DNA of 64,000 nt, from contig CP147780.1 of the NCBI GenBank assembly GCA_037310415.1, forward strand, positions 2,112,001 through 2,176,000, written 5' to 3'. Below, piece by piece: positions 50,161 through 60,144 of this stretch. The notes beneath the pieces are model-generated. The model made no database searches, was not told the origin of the DNA, and worked only from the letters and a program-made list of their open reading frames with translations. The position numbers were made by a program, and so were the translations under genes. This DNA is from Candidatus Atabeyarchaeum deiterrae. Lineage in GTDB: Archaea; Asgardarchaeota; Atabeyarchaeia; Atabeyarchaeales; Atabeyarchaeaceae. Numbering within the stretch: the stretch's first letter is position 1; each line of letters starts with the position of its first letter.

Positions 50161-52377
50161 TTGAAACGTTCAATAGAGGACGAAGAGTGGCGATCCATGT
50201 CAGGACATGATGAGAAACCTGAGAGCAGCGATGTCGGCGAAGCTAGGAGTGCACGCGGTCTTACGCTGCGCATGTTGCTTCTCACGTTTATATTCAGCGT
50301 ATTCTTTTCAATCGGAACGATTTACACACTTGTGGTTCTCAGTTTCTCGATGGGAGTCGTGGGCGTGGTATCAGTCGTTCTGGCATCAAGCGCATCGATC
50401 TGGGGCCTCAACATATCCACAAAGAAGAAGGTGAAGCCACCCAGTTCCCAAGAACTTGTTAGCATGAGTTGGCTATCAAGCGCATTCAACCAGTCGCTGG
50501 GAACCACTATCGTCATTGGCGGAGTTCTTCTCATGCGGTACGTTCTGCCAGTCTCAGCGTTCTCAGGCTGGCAGAGATGGTGGTTTGCTCCTGCTGAGAG
50601 TGACCTTGAGAACATGGTGGCTTGGCTACCAACGATACTGTTCTGGATGCTGGTCGTTTTCATGGCTCGCCTAACGGTCGTTGGAATAGGCATGAAGCTG
50701 AAGCGCAAATATATCGAGACTGATGAGTTACCTTTTCCCGTCGCGGAAGGACAGGCCGACTTAATTAAGGAACTGACCGGATTAACTGAGCCTCCTACGT
50801 CTAAGCTGAGGTACTTCCTATCTGGCATAGTCTTCGCTTTGCTCTTCTCTTTGGTGATTGAGCATGACTGGGATCACGCGATGCTAACGCCTCTTCTGGC
50901 AACAGCAGTTGGCATTGTGACCCTAGTAGGAGGGATGAACAACGTATTCCCTTGGAAGATTGGCAAGAAGCTGCCCAGGGGGTTTGAGAAAGTAGCGTAT
51001 TATTTCGCTTATTTCTTCATTGCAATTGGAATCCTCGGTTTAGTCTCTCTTGTGTATGCTCCACCTGACTCGATCTTCTTCTACTTGCGTTACGGTGTTC
51101 CCGCAAGTCCAAGTCCCGATTATTCAGCTAGGTTCATTAACTTCTCATCCTTTGTCCCGCAACTTCAAGGGCTGGGTTTCGGAATATCGGTATCTATCCT
51201 GCTGTTTGTAATCGGATACCTGATACCGTCTGACACGTCTTCTGGCATACTTACCGGATCAGCCATCGCATTCATATTGATCCCCGTTGGCTTGATTGGG
51301 TTAACAGGTTCGCTGAGTCTGCCTTATCTCTACAGCATTGACTCGTCGCTAGTTCTAGCTGCACTGCTAAGCGCGACAATTGTGGGCTCAATTGTGGTTA
51401 TCCTGAGAACGATATTGACGAACAGAGAAGGCGCGAAGAATGTTATCCTTCGTGGAGTGAAAGAGTTGTACGTTTTGGGCAGAACCAAAAGATCCAAGGG
51501 TAAGGGGATTTGGAGCCAGTATCTTCTTCTGTGGGTTCCACTGACAGTTCTGACTTTGATAACAGTACTGGTAGTGGGAATTGAGCCAAGTGCGCCGTGG
51601 TATCTTACGGTGATAATCGTGTTCTTCGCTTTTGTCATTACGCCATTTGCTACTACACTTGGAACTTGGGTTTCCAGTAGAACGACACGTTTAACGTCTC
51701 AGTCTCCACTTCCATTCTTATACGAGGCAACGCTCTTTGGCACTGGAGTGAGGGAGCTCGCTCCCTATGCATTTGGCACGCCAGCAGTATGGCAGGCTCA
51801 AGGTTTGTTGAGCCAAATGAGAGTTGCACATCTGACGAAGACTGAGTCGAAGTTAGTCTACTGGGCTGACCTGATAGGATTTCCACTGCTTGGCGTTCTT
51901 GCGAGTTCATTGATCTGTATTTGGGTTTTTTCAGCGTTCGGTGCACCAGGCGTAACACTGTCGTCGCCAGGTGGCACTGGAGCGGCAACGCCGGTTACTC
52001 AGTGGAACTTTAATCCGATTTGGAGCGTCCTTTATACATTCATTGTCTGGGTCGCCAATGGCGGAGGGGTGTATCCCTTCGCATGCTGTCCGATTACTTT
52101 CTTTCTTATACCGCTGATTATTCTTTCAGCTTGGACGATCCTTCATGGCATGAAGAGAATTCCAATCGCTTCCATAGCCGGGATAGCAGTAGGGTTTGCC
52201 GTGATGCCATATATGGCGATTACGATATCCTTGGGAACCTTGACGGCTGCTGTGATCAGAAGAGTGAAGGGAATAGACTGGTTCGCAAGGAATGGGACAG
52301 CATTAGGGGCCGGCATCTATGCTGGAGCTTGTATTTCCTTGTTTATGCTTGTGATAGTGGTACCTCTAGTACCTTGA
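50161..52377 (+). CDS. OPT-family-like oligopeptide transporter
   Basis: GLTLR, YIETDELPFP.A, many TM segments, GAGIYAG. Confidence 0.7.
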   Translation: MKRSIEDEEWRSMSGHDEKPESSDVGEARSARGLTLRMLLLTFIFSVFFSIGTIYTLVVLSFSMGVVGVVSVVLASSASIWGLNISTKKKVKPPSSQELVSMSWLSSAFNQSLGTTIVIGGVLLMRYVLPVSAFSGWQRWWFAPAESDLENMVAWLPTILFWMLVVFMARLTVVGIGMKLKRKYIETDELPFPVAEGQADLIKELTGLTEPPTSKLRYFLSGIVFALLFSLVIEHDWDHAMLTPLLATAVGIVTLVGGMNNVFPWKIGKKLPRGFEKVAYYFAYFFIAIGILGLVSLVYAPPDSIFFYLRYGVPASPSPDYSARFINFSSFVPQLQGLGFGISVSILLFVIGYLIPSDTSSGILTGSAIAFILIPVGLIGLTGSLSLPYLYSIDSSLVLAALLSATIVGSIVVILRTILTNREGAKNVILRGVKELYVLGRTKRSKGKGIWSQYLLLWVPLTVLTLITVLVVGIEPSAPWYLTVIIVFFAFVITPFATTLGTWVSSRTTRLTSQSPLPFLYEATLFGTGVRELAPYAFGTPAVWQAQGLLSQMRVAHLTKTESKLVYWADLIGFPLLGVLASSLICIWVFSAFGAPGVTLSSPGGTGAATPVTQWNFNPIWSVLYTFIVWVANGGGVYPFACCPITFFLIPLIILSAWTILHGMKRIPIASIAGIAVGFAVMPYMAITISLGTLTAAVIRRVKGIDWFARNGTALGAGIYAGACISLFMLVIVVPLVP

Positions 52378-52435
52378 TGAATTCTGCACATCGCGCTCAT
52401 TATGTTGATCTATCACGGAGGGTCAGACCGTCTCG

Positions 52436-53020
52436 ATGCCAAATAAACCGGATGGCGCTGAAACCGACAGTCGCGGTAGAGCCGTCAAATTCAGAATATG
52501 GTTTAGTGAGAGCGGTCGAGACCTTTTGGGTAAGGGTGGGGCAGAGATACTGGAGCGCATTGCGGAGACTTGTTCTATATTGAAGACGGCGAAGAGTCTC
52601 AGAAGATCATATAGACAGGTCTGGGGTCAGATAAACGAGATGGAAGAAAGTTACGGGAGACCTCTTATCAATAGGTTCAAAGGTGGTGCAAAGGGTGGAG
52701 GAGGAGCAGAGCTCACTGAGGCTGGCTTGGTTCTGCTGAGAGAATACCGCAGGATAACCGAATACACGAAGAGCCTACTCGAAGACAAGTATTTTTGGGA
52801 GGCAATTGGATTGAAACTAAGCGCAAGAAACAGGTTGAAGGGTGAAATAGTTTCTATTGAAAAAGATGCCGTGGTCGCAAAGATTAAAGTGAAGATAACG
52901 ACGCCAGTGACTATTACGTCCGTGATCACTAGCGAAGCTGCAGACGACCTCAACTTGCATGAGGGAGACGAAGTTGAAGCTATAGTCAAGTCAACCGAAG
53001 TTCTAATCGCAAAAGAATGA
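52436..53020 (+). CDS. modE: ModE-family regulator (HTH plus TOBE)
   Basis: SY..W..I..ME, GGAKGGGGAELT, LSARNRLKG, VKSTEV. Confidence 0.88.
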   Translation: MPNKPDGAETDSRGRAVKFRIWFSESGRDLLGKGGAEILERIAETCSILKTAKSLRRSYRQVWGQINEMEESYGRPLINRFKGGAKGGGGAELTEAGLVLLREYRRITEYTKSLLEDKYFWEAIGLKLSARNRLKGEIVSIEKDAVVAKIKVKITTPVTITSVITSEAADDLNLHEGDEVEAIVKSTEVLIAKE

Positions 53021-53159
53021 TCATGTTGTTTTGGTGAAATTCCGGCATTTGATGATTTGCTTTTCTGGCTGGCCTCAATTCCAGAATAGCTTTTTAAGAC
53101 CAGTCCCGCATATGTAAGGGTGGATATGTCAGGCGAAAAACCCAAGTCGGTCTACCGTC

Positions 53160-53693
53160 TTGGAGGGGAATGAAATACCTTCTTTAACGGGCGAGGAGGT
53201 ACTGGGACTACTACGGTCAACTGTCAAGCTCAGCGCTCAGGAAGCCGTTTGCATTAACGGAGGATACGTGAGGTTCGAAGGTGATACCATCGTCATCTCC
53301 CGGAGGGTAAAGAAGTATCTCTACATGACGCTACGCAAGGGAGGATGGAAGGTAAGGCTCGATCTCAATCTCGAAATCCCAGCAACCAAGACTCTGGAAG
53401 CGCTCCGTAAGGCGATAGAGATCGGTGATAGACTGATGGTCAAAGCAACCAAGGAAGTGTCCGCTCAAAACAAGGGCGAGGCAGAGAGGAGAGTCATGGA
53501 AGCTAACCAGACGTATCGATTAGTGAAAGAGACAATCCCGAAAATCTACCTTCCTGAAAACAGGAAGAGAGAATTGGACGACATCAAATCCCTGTGTGAT
53601 AGCAAACTCATCGATCTGAAGAACAAAGCGATGCTCATGGGTATAAGGATAGTTGAAGACACAGGTTTTCGAGAGCTTGACCCGGACATGTGA
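53160..53693 (+). CDS. Hypothetical protein with helical C-terminal bundle
   Basis: 177-aa ORF; TATA-like GCTTTTTAAG at ~53089. Confidence 0.6.
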   Translation: MEGNEIPSLTGEEVLGLLRSTVKLSAQEAVCINGGYVRFEGDTIVISRRVKKYLYMTLRKGGWKVRLDLNLEIPATKTLEALRKAIEIGDRLMVKATKEVSAQNKGEAERRVMEANQTYRLVKETIPKIYLPENRKRELDDIKSLCDSKLIDLKNKAMLMGIRIVEDTGFRELDPDM

Positions 53694-53764
53694 GATTGTT
53701 GCGTGCCTCTTTAAGGAGAGGCTTGCTGAGTCGACAGGCTCTCCAAACACACAAGAGGCAAAAT

Positions 53765-54178
53765 TCATTTCTTCTTGAGATCTCGGAGAAACCTAGCGAC
53801 GTCATTTGAGTTTTCGCACATTGCGGCCAACGGAGTTTCCAGCATTAAGTTGACCGACTCTAGCTTTGAGAAAACCCTGTGATCGGTCTTCAATCCGATT
53901 ATAGGCTTCTTCATTGCGTGTCCGAAGCCCATCTCAAATGCGACACCTGTGTCAACATCCACTCCGTCGAGGACGGCGACAATTACATCACTTTTCTGCA
54001 GAGCACTGAGATCGTCTCTAAAGATTGATTGTTTTTCTTTGGTTGAGTGGCTATTTATGAACTTCAGTTCTTGAGCTAACCATACTTCGAACCCTTCATT
54101 TCGAAGTTCTCTTGCGACTTTGGAATTGAAGTCTCTTTCAGCTTCGCTGAATAGCGGTGCCGCTAAGAAGATGCGCAA
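53765..54178 (-). CDS. Nucleoside 2-deoxyribosyltransferase family protein
   Basis: IFLAAPLF, DG..VDTGVAFEMG, NLML. Confidence 0.9.
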   Translation of the reverse strand: MRIFLAAPLFSEAERDFNSKVARELRNEGFEVWLAQELKFINSHSTKEKQSIFRDDLSALQKSDVIVAVLDGVDVDTGVAFEMGFGHAMKKPIIGLKTDHRVFSKLESVNLMLETPLAAMCENSNDVARFLRDLKKK

Positions 54179-54298
54179 TCCCGAATCGGACCCCCGATTA
54201 TTCCCTCAAAGTTTTCGATTGATATTTGCTTGTCCCTTCCAATGACTTCTTTGTACTGGATGAATGATAGTTGATGAAGGATAAAGCTTTTTACGATC

Positions 54299-54913
54299 AT
54301 GCTACCTCGTTGTCTTAAATTCGCAAACAACTCCTGCCAGCAACGAGCCTACTCAAAGGGAGCGCCCTTCACCATGGTCCGTGAAGACAATCCTTTGCCA
54401 TCAGAGCCTGAAGGAACCGGAGTCAAGATCAGACTTTTCAAGATCTCGGATCTTCACAGAGTCTTGGAGATAGAACGAGGTGCATTCCCTGATGCGTGGG
54501 ATGAGAGCTGGTTTGTGTACTTCTTTCAAACAAATCCAAATGGATTCTTTGTTGCAGTTGACCACAAGAATCATGTCGTTGGATACGCGGTCGTTGATAT
54601 TGAGGGTGGGCAAGATGAAGCGTGGACATTCATGGATACTGGGAGCCTGCCGCCCGCGAGAGGGCATTTACTGAACGTGGCCGTTGACAAGGAATGGAGA
54701 GGAAAAGGGATTGGGACAGCTCTCATTGGAGGTGTGAATAGATATTTGGTGGATCGAGGAGTGAATGAACTCTGGCTTGAAGTTCGAACAAGCAACGCGG
54801 ATGCTATAAGGCTCTACAAGAGGCAGGGGTTTGAAGAAACGGGGAGGGTTATGAGAAACTATTATCCAGATGGAGGAGATGCGCTAGTGATGCGCAAGAA
54901 CCTAACAGGGTAG
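54299..54913 (+). CDS. rimI: RimI/Ard1-like N-terminal acetyltransferase (likely start ~54374)
   Basis: IE..AF..W, NVAV..RGKGIG, LEVRTSN..AI.LY, NYYPDG.DA. Confidence 0.85.
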   Translation: MLPRCLKFANNSCQQRAYSKGAPFTMVREDNPLPSEPEGTGVKIRLFKISDLHRVLEIERGAFPDAWDESWFVYFFQTNPNGFFVAVDHKNHVVGYAVVDIEGGQDEAWTFMDTGSLPPARGHLLNVAVDKEWRGKGIGTALIGGVNRYLVDRGVNELWLEVRTSNADAIRLYKRQGFEETGRVMRNYYPDGGDALVMRKNLTG

Positions 54914-55014
54914 CAGGTGACCGACTCTCTCCTCTTTTTTCTAAAGGTCATGAAGAGCACAAGTCGCCAATGTGCGCTTGATTAGAGTATTGACTTGCGC
55001 GATACAATAGAAAT

Positions 55015-55854
55015 ATGCTAAGGCGATCTATCTTGGACTTTCTACTGAATCCGATCACATTTGTTGCTGTGTTTGTCGTTGTCGGTCTATGCGCAGGATT
55101 GATCACAGGTATAATGGGTGGAAGCGGCGTTGTAGTTGTTGTGCCCATCCTCATCTTCCTAGGATTTCCAGTACATGTGGCGATAGGGACAAGTTTGTTC
55201 GTGGATGTCGCAGCTTCGCTTGTCGCATCATACACATATCATCAACACAAAAACATAGACTTGTCTAGCGGTGTGTGGATGGCACTTGCAGCAGTTGCAG
55301 GCGCGCAGCTGGGTAGTATGCTAGCTGGTTATACGCCCGCATTTGGATTAAGCTGGGGGTTCACTGTGTTTCTGATCCTAAATGGGTTATACATTTTGAA
55401 GACTGGAATGAAGAACGTCACAGAAAGAATCTCCAATGTTGCTCGCAAGAGGCTGCTCAAGGGCGGACTAAACACAAAGAAAGGAAAAAGGCGGGCAACT
55501 GTCATATCTGTAGTGGCGGGGTTAGCAATTGGAGTCGTTAGTGGGTTCATTGGCGCAGGTGGAGGAATCATGTTTCTGCTTGTGCTCCTTTTCGTCCTTG
55601 GTTACGAGCTTCATGTGGCTATTGGAACCTCAACATTGGTGATGGCTATCACAGCCACATCGGGGGCAGCTGGTTACTATCTGCGTGGTAATCTCGATCT
55701 CCTTACTGCGGTCATCATTAGTATTGGAACACTAGCGTCGAGCCGTATGGGTGCATTGGCGGCTAACAGATTGGGAGTAGAGTCACTTGGAAGGGTTATC
55801 GGAATAATATTCATAGCGCTTGGTTTGATGATGCTTTTCCCATTGGTAGTGTGA
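55015..55854 (+). CDS. TauE/SafE sulfite-exporter family protein
   Basis: Duplicated G.GG...P and AIGTS motifs. Confidence 0.9.
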   Translation: MLRRSILDFLLNPITFVAVFVVVGLCAGLITGIMGGSGVVVVVPILIFLGFPVHVAIGTSLFVDVAASLVASYTYHQHKNIDLSSGVWMALAAVAGAQLGSMLAGYTPAFGLSWGFTVFLILNGLYILKTGMKNVTERISNVARKRLLKGGLNTKKGKRRATVISVVAGLAIGVVSGFIGAGGGIMFLLVLLFVLGYELHVAIGTSTLVMAITATSGAAGYYLRGNLDLLTAVIISIGTLASSRMGALAANRLGVESLGRVIGIIFIALGLMMLFPLVV

Positions 55855-55896
55855 ACGCCCAACACTATGTTCGCAGGATTGTGAGTGTTCTCCTTC

Positions 55897-56685
55897 CTAC
55901 TTCTTCCTGTGTGGATCTTGCTTCACGATCTCCGTAAGGAAATTCTTTCCTGGCTCTGAGTTGAAATTCGGGGGCGTCCAATTCACGCTGATTCTTCTTC
56001 GTTTTGCCAACACGTTCTCGTCTGTCGTTGGGTCAAATCCTTGTTTCTCGTATGTCTCCCATTGTATCAATATGCCCTTTGAATGCCAGGCAGGTATCTC
56101 ACTGAACTTTATCCCATGATCCTCGATTAGTTTTCTCAGTTCTCTTGCTTTCAACTTGTTCAGCTTCTCAGTTGCTTCTGAGGGTTTCAGTTTCTCTTTG
56201 TCAACCAAGATTCGAAAAGCGTAAGCATTGCTGCAATTCCTGTATGCCTCACTTTGCCGCCAGTCAAGATAATCTAAGACATTGTAGCCTCCGGTCAGAG
56301 GCGTAATTCTGCAGTCAAAAGCCACGTTGAAGGCCTCAATCGCGACGTACTTCTGGGATAACAGTCGTTGTAGCGTGCTGGAAGCGACCCCCGAGAAGAC
56401 GGAGTCGATCTTCTCTATTCTTCTGTCGAACAGGCTGAACTCTTCAGGAAATAGCAGACTTATCTCGTCTGAAAAGATGTACGCGAGCTTGGCATCGAAT
56501 AGTTTGAAAAACTCGTCGGCTACTTCAACAAGACATTCAGCCAGAAACTTGTCATATGGTTTGCCAAGTCCTAGCAGATCTGTGAGTGAGTGGAAATTCC
56601 ATCCGTCGAGTCTGACAAAGAAGAATCCCCTGGGAACCGCGATGTCAGAGTATACCTCGTGGTCCTTGTTGATGACCAAGCTCAT
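55897..56685 (-). CDS. thg1: tRNA(His) guanylyltransferase Thg1 / Thg1-like protein
   Basis: VRLDGWNFH, SDEISL, FDCR, WRQ.EA.RN. Confidence 0.92.
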   Translation of the reverse strand: MSLVINKDHEVYSDIAVPRGFFFVRLDGWNFHSLTDLLGLGKPYDKFLAECLVEVADEFFKLFDAKLAYIFSDEISLLFPEEFSLFDRRIEKIDSVFSGVASSTLQRLLSQKYVAIEAFNVAFDCRITPLTGGYNVLDYLDWRQSEAYRNCSNAYAFRILVDKEKLKPSEATEKLNKLKARELRKLIEDHGIKFSEIPAWHSKGILIQWETYEKQGFDPTTDENVLAKRRRISVNWTPPNFNSEPGKNFLTEIVKQDPHRKK

Positions 56686-56811
56686 TTATCCCACCTATTA
56701 GGTTGTTCAGCAGCTCATATTGGGGGTGAGTATTCTCAAAGAAAAATCGTTTTCCCTATATGGAGGGGATAGGACCACTTTGCGAAGAAACTTCGCAATA
56801 CTGATGGGCAC

Positions 56812-56833
56812 AAAAAAGGGAGGGGCGCCTCCC
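56812..56833 (-). terminator. GC hairpin followed by U-tract
   Basis: Minus strand GGGAGG-CGCC-CCTCCC-TTTTTT. Confidence 0.5.
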
Positions 56834-57266
56834 TCTCCCGCTCAGAAGAGTGCTGGTCTGCCAATGCCTCTCCCTTGGACCCAGAGCCGATCTCCTTCCA
56901 GGAAACTCTCAGGACTGCGTGTTCCCGGGGTCAATCTTCATTTCTCCGCGGTCTACATCACCTCCGCCGCTGGCATCGCCCTCAACACTGTTTCTGAACT
57001 GGGGGTGCGAGGGTTAGTTACTAATTGGGTCGAGTTCTATTATCCATAGCGATGGAAAAGTTGAAAAACTTGCAGAAAGAACAGTGATATGGCCAGAGTT
57101 TTGCAATAATCCTACTCTTGCAGACCAAAGAATGGAAAAATTCCACAGTAGCAGATCGGCTGATCTCTGGCGCCTTCACAGTCAAGCTTGGATCCGACGA
57201 TGTGAAGCAGGAACACAGCTAGGAAGTGCAAGTTGACCTGTGAGCTACTGCGTCTCTGGAAATTCG

Positions 57267-57782
57267 CTATGGAAGTTTTAGGTAGCGGCATTTTCGCCTC
57301 ATCTCTTTTGACACTAGGCCAGCGCCACAGCGCTTCATCATAGTCTCGAATATGAGGGCCTTGTCTGGGTCCTCCAAATCTGCCTTTGGCCGCACTCCGT
57401 GTTTTCCTTCTAGGAGGTCATGAACGTGTGTGCCAACGTCTTTGGCGGCATCTTGTGCCAAAAACTTTCCCTTCAATCCTCTCCGTGCTATTTTGACACA
57501 GAATGTCTCGTTTTTGTTGATCTCATCGATGAACTGTGTGGCAACCTTCTTGAATTCTTCGGCAACGTTCTCTGGCGAGAAATTGAACGAGATACGTATG
57601 GGGGTCAACCTTGAGAGAGATTCGGGTTCTCTCTTTTCTAACTCATCAAGAAAGCGATGCAGATCTTCGACTTGGCCCATAACTACGTCTTCGAAGTCGG
57701 TTTGCCAGAAGAGCCCTAGACCTGCCAGTTCCCGCATCAGTTCTCTCCCCCTATCTTTGTAGGCAGTTAGTATCAAATCCAT
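57267..57782 (-). CDS. Stand-alone THUMP-domain protein
   Basis: TFCVKIARRG...DVG...ADLEDPD..LIFE. Confidence 0.85.
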   Translation of the reverse strand: MDLILTAYKDRGRELMRELAGLGLFWQTDFEDVVMGQVEDLHRFLDELEKREPESLSRLTPIRISFNFSPENVAEEFKKVATQFIDEINKNETFCVKIARRGLKGKFLAQDAAKDVGTHVHDLLEGKHGVRPKADLEDPDKALIFETMMKRCGAGLVSKEMRRKCRYLKLP

Positions 57783-58210
57783 GAGGAGATTCCCCCATCT
57801 TGCGGGTTTCTTTAAACGAGGTCGTACCTGCTCTATAGAGACTAGCGAGGTGACACACTCATATCTCTAACTATATTCTCATCGCGAAAAACACGATAAA
57901 AATCAGCAAAAGGGGCGAATATTGGATAATCATCTAATCTGGATTGGCCAGAATTGTTAAAACAACAGAGATGAACTTTCTCAGATGTATACCGCTTAGC
58001 CTGCGTTGCCAGATTTGTTCTTTTCATGGAATCTAGCCTGCACACTGATGAGACCCCATCTCTTTAACATCTGAAATGACTCTGCTGCGGAACAATGCAG
58101 CACATTGAAAACTCTAAACTGCCTGAACTGCGCCTTCCGCAAGTCGCATTCTGATCTGCGAACTTCTAAACTTAGTCACCTTGTATTATATATGTAACGC
58201 GTGGAATGTC

Positions 58211-58224
58211 AAAAGCTTTTTATT
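58211..58224 (+). promoter_or_regulatory. BRE-TATA element upstream of the radical SAM gene
   Basis: AAAAGCTTTTTATT. Confidence 0.45.
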
Positions 58225-58391
58225 CATTTTTGACCATTCCCTAGCGAAATATGGAATAAGCACATTACATCTATACCGCCTATGGAGAGCGTCTCCCAAA
58301 TGGCAGTTGATGGGACTAGGGGGTAGTGCATAGCACTGATTCTCTCCGAAGCGACCTCAAAGACGAGTTGACAGCTTAAAGATCAAAGGAA

Positions 58392-60047
58392 GTGAATATA
58401 TTGGCTTCAACACGCAACAAGCAAAACGGAAATGGTACGTCCCAGCAAAACGACGGCGGCGTGCCAATTGTGTTGACGGCATCCGAGGTCGAAATGAGTG
58501 ACTTTAACCTGAACCTAGTTGCAGCGTTTGTCGGTAGTTTTCCGCTTGGAATTCTTCCACGGAGTCTGCGAACAAAATTCTTCTACTCATCTCACCCGTT
58601 TAACGAGAAAGGAGAAGCAAAGTTTGCACCTTATGGGTTGAGAAAAGTAGAAACCCAGCTCATCAAGGAATTTGGAGAAGAGAATGTGGTTACGGCGCAT
58701 CCCCGCAACCTAGAGAAGTTTGTAGGTCCCAACACAAAGATTGTGGGCATATCAGCGATGGACTCCCTTGGACATGCGTTTGTTAGCAGAACCTATACTA
58801 GCTTAATGGCTTTCGGCAAGAGATCACTGAACAGGATCGAGTTCGAGAAGCTGCTTAACAACCCTGCTATCAGAAAGCACAAACCGAAGATCATCCTTGG
58901 CGGAGCTGGTGCGTGGCAGGTACCAGATTTGGGAATGCAGAATGCTCTCGGAATAGATCATGTTGTGATAGGTCAGGCAGATAGAACCGTCGCCAGCATC
59001 TTCAGAAATGCGCTCGACGGTCACAGACTTGAGAAAGTAATAGTATCGGATCCTTCCAAGCCAGAAGACGTCCCTGTCATCATGAAGCCCGCTCTTTACG
59101 GCGCCGCTGAGATAACTCGCGGATGTGGAAGGAATTGCGCCTTCTGCTCGCCGACAATGCGTCACCTAATTTCTTTCCCGCTCGAACATATTCTGAAGGA
59201 AGTCAGGTTGAACGCGAAAAACGGGACAAAAGCCATCTTCCTCCAGACGGATGACGTGTTCCTCTATAAGAAGAAAGAGAACTTCCACCCGAACAGGAAG
59301 GAACTAGTCAAGCTGGTCAATGCTGTCGCCAAGATTGAGGGCGTGAAATACGTACAGTTCCCTCACGCATCTTTCGCCCCGGTCGTATGTGACCCGAAGC
59401 TCATAGAAGAAATTGCCCCTACTCTCGTTGAGAAGGCATTATGGCATTGGAACGGCAGTGGTATGTCGTCGTTCGAAATGGGATTCGAAACAGGAAGTAT
59501 CCGGTTAATGAAGAAGTACATGGCCGGCAAGATGCTACCCTTCAAACCGGAACAATGGCACGACGTAGTCACGCAAGCAGTCGGCACTCTCGACGATAAC
59601 GACATCTGCCCATTGCTGACACTAGTGATAGGTCTGCCGGGAGAACAGGAAGAAGATACCATTGCTACGCTCGAGTTGATCCACAAAATCAAGCACAACA
59701 GAGTGTTGTGGGCTCCAATCTTCTTTACATCAGAAGAGGAATCCGTCCTGAGAAAGCAGAGGCACATGTCCCTGAGGAACTTGACTGACCTCCAATGGGA
59801 AGTTCTTTCAACTTGTTGGCGCAGCAATTTCAATACGTGGAAACCGCAGCTGAACCCATTGGTGGCACTTGCAAGCATGCTGTTCTATCCATATTATAGG
59901 TTGAGACATGGCAAGGGCGTCTTTAGACCCCTGATGCACATAGCAGGTTTCCAAGATCGTTACGCCCATGTGACACAAGCATCCAAGTGTACACAGCAAT
60001 ACACGATGATAACCCCCAGCCAATCGAAATCGATCGCAAGCAACTGA
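58392..60047 (+). CDS. B12-binding-domain radical SAM protein, GDGT ring synthase (Grs)-like
   Basis: IVLTA, APYGLRKVE, GGAGAWQ, RGCGRNCAFC, ETGS.RL, IGLPGE. Confidence 0.8.
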   Translation: MNILASTRNKQNGNGTSQQNDGGVPIVLTASEVEMSDFNLNLVAAFVGSFPLGILPRSLRTKFFYSSHPFNEKGEAKFAPYGLRKVETQLIKEFGEENVVTAHPRNLEKFVGPNTKIVGISAMDSLGHAFVSRTYTSLMAFGKRSLNRIEFEKLLNNPAIRKHKPKIILGGAGAWQVPDLGMQNALGIDHVVIGQADRTVASIFRNALDGHRLEKVIVSDPSKPEDVPVIMKPALYGAAEITRGCGRNCAFCSPTMRHLISFPLEHILKEVRLNAKNGTKAIFLQTDDVFLYKKKENFHPNRKELVKLVNAVAKIEGVKYVQFPHASFAPVVCDPKLIEEIAPTLVEKALWHWNGSGMSSFEMGFETGSIRLMKKYMAGKMLPFKPEQWHDVVTQAVGTLDDNDICPLLTLVIGLPGEQEEDTIATLELIHKIKHNRVLWAPIFFTSEEESVLRKQRHMSLRNLTDLQWEVLSTCWRSNFNTWKPQLNPLVALASMLFYPYYRLRHGKGVFRPLMHIAGFQDRYAHVTQASKCTQQYTMITPSQSKSIASN

Positions 60048-60144
60048 AAGAACTGGTCAGACAGATGCGATTTGCATAGCATTCCAGTCAGCGTGACGCG
60101 CTGTCCGCTTTTTTTCTTTTCCGCTTCCCCAGCTTTCTGCATCA

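Noticed and set aside
56880-56941. Selenocysteine readthrough of MKIDPGNTQS-UGA on the minus strand
   Set aside because: No selenoprotein motif and no recognisable SECIS
58046-58126. Possible C/D-box sRNA (TGATGA...CTGA)
   Set aside because: The box spacing does not fit the compact archaeal C/D layout and there is no clear C' box
58284-58320. Fluoride or cobalamin riboswitch
   Set aside because: It lacks the GAUG/GCUNAUGAC fluoride consensus and the B12-box
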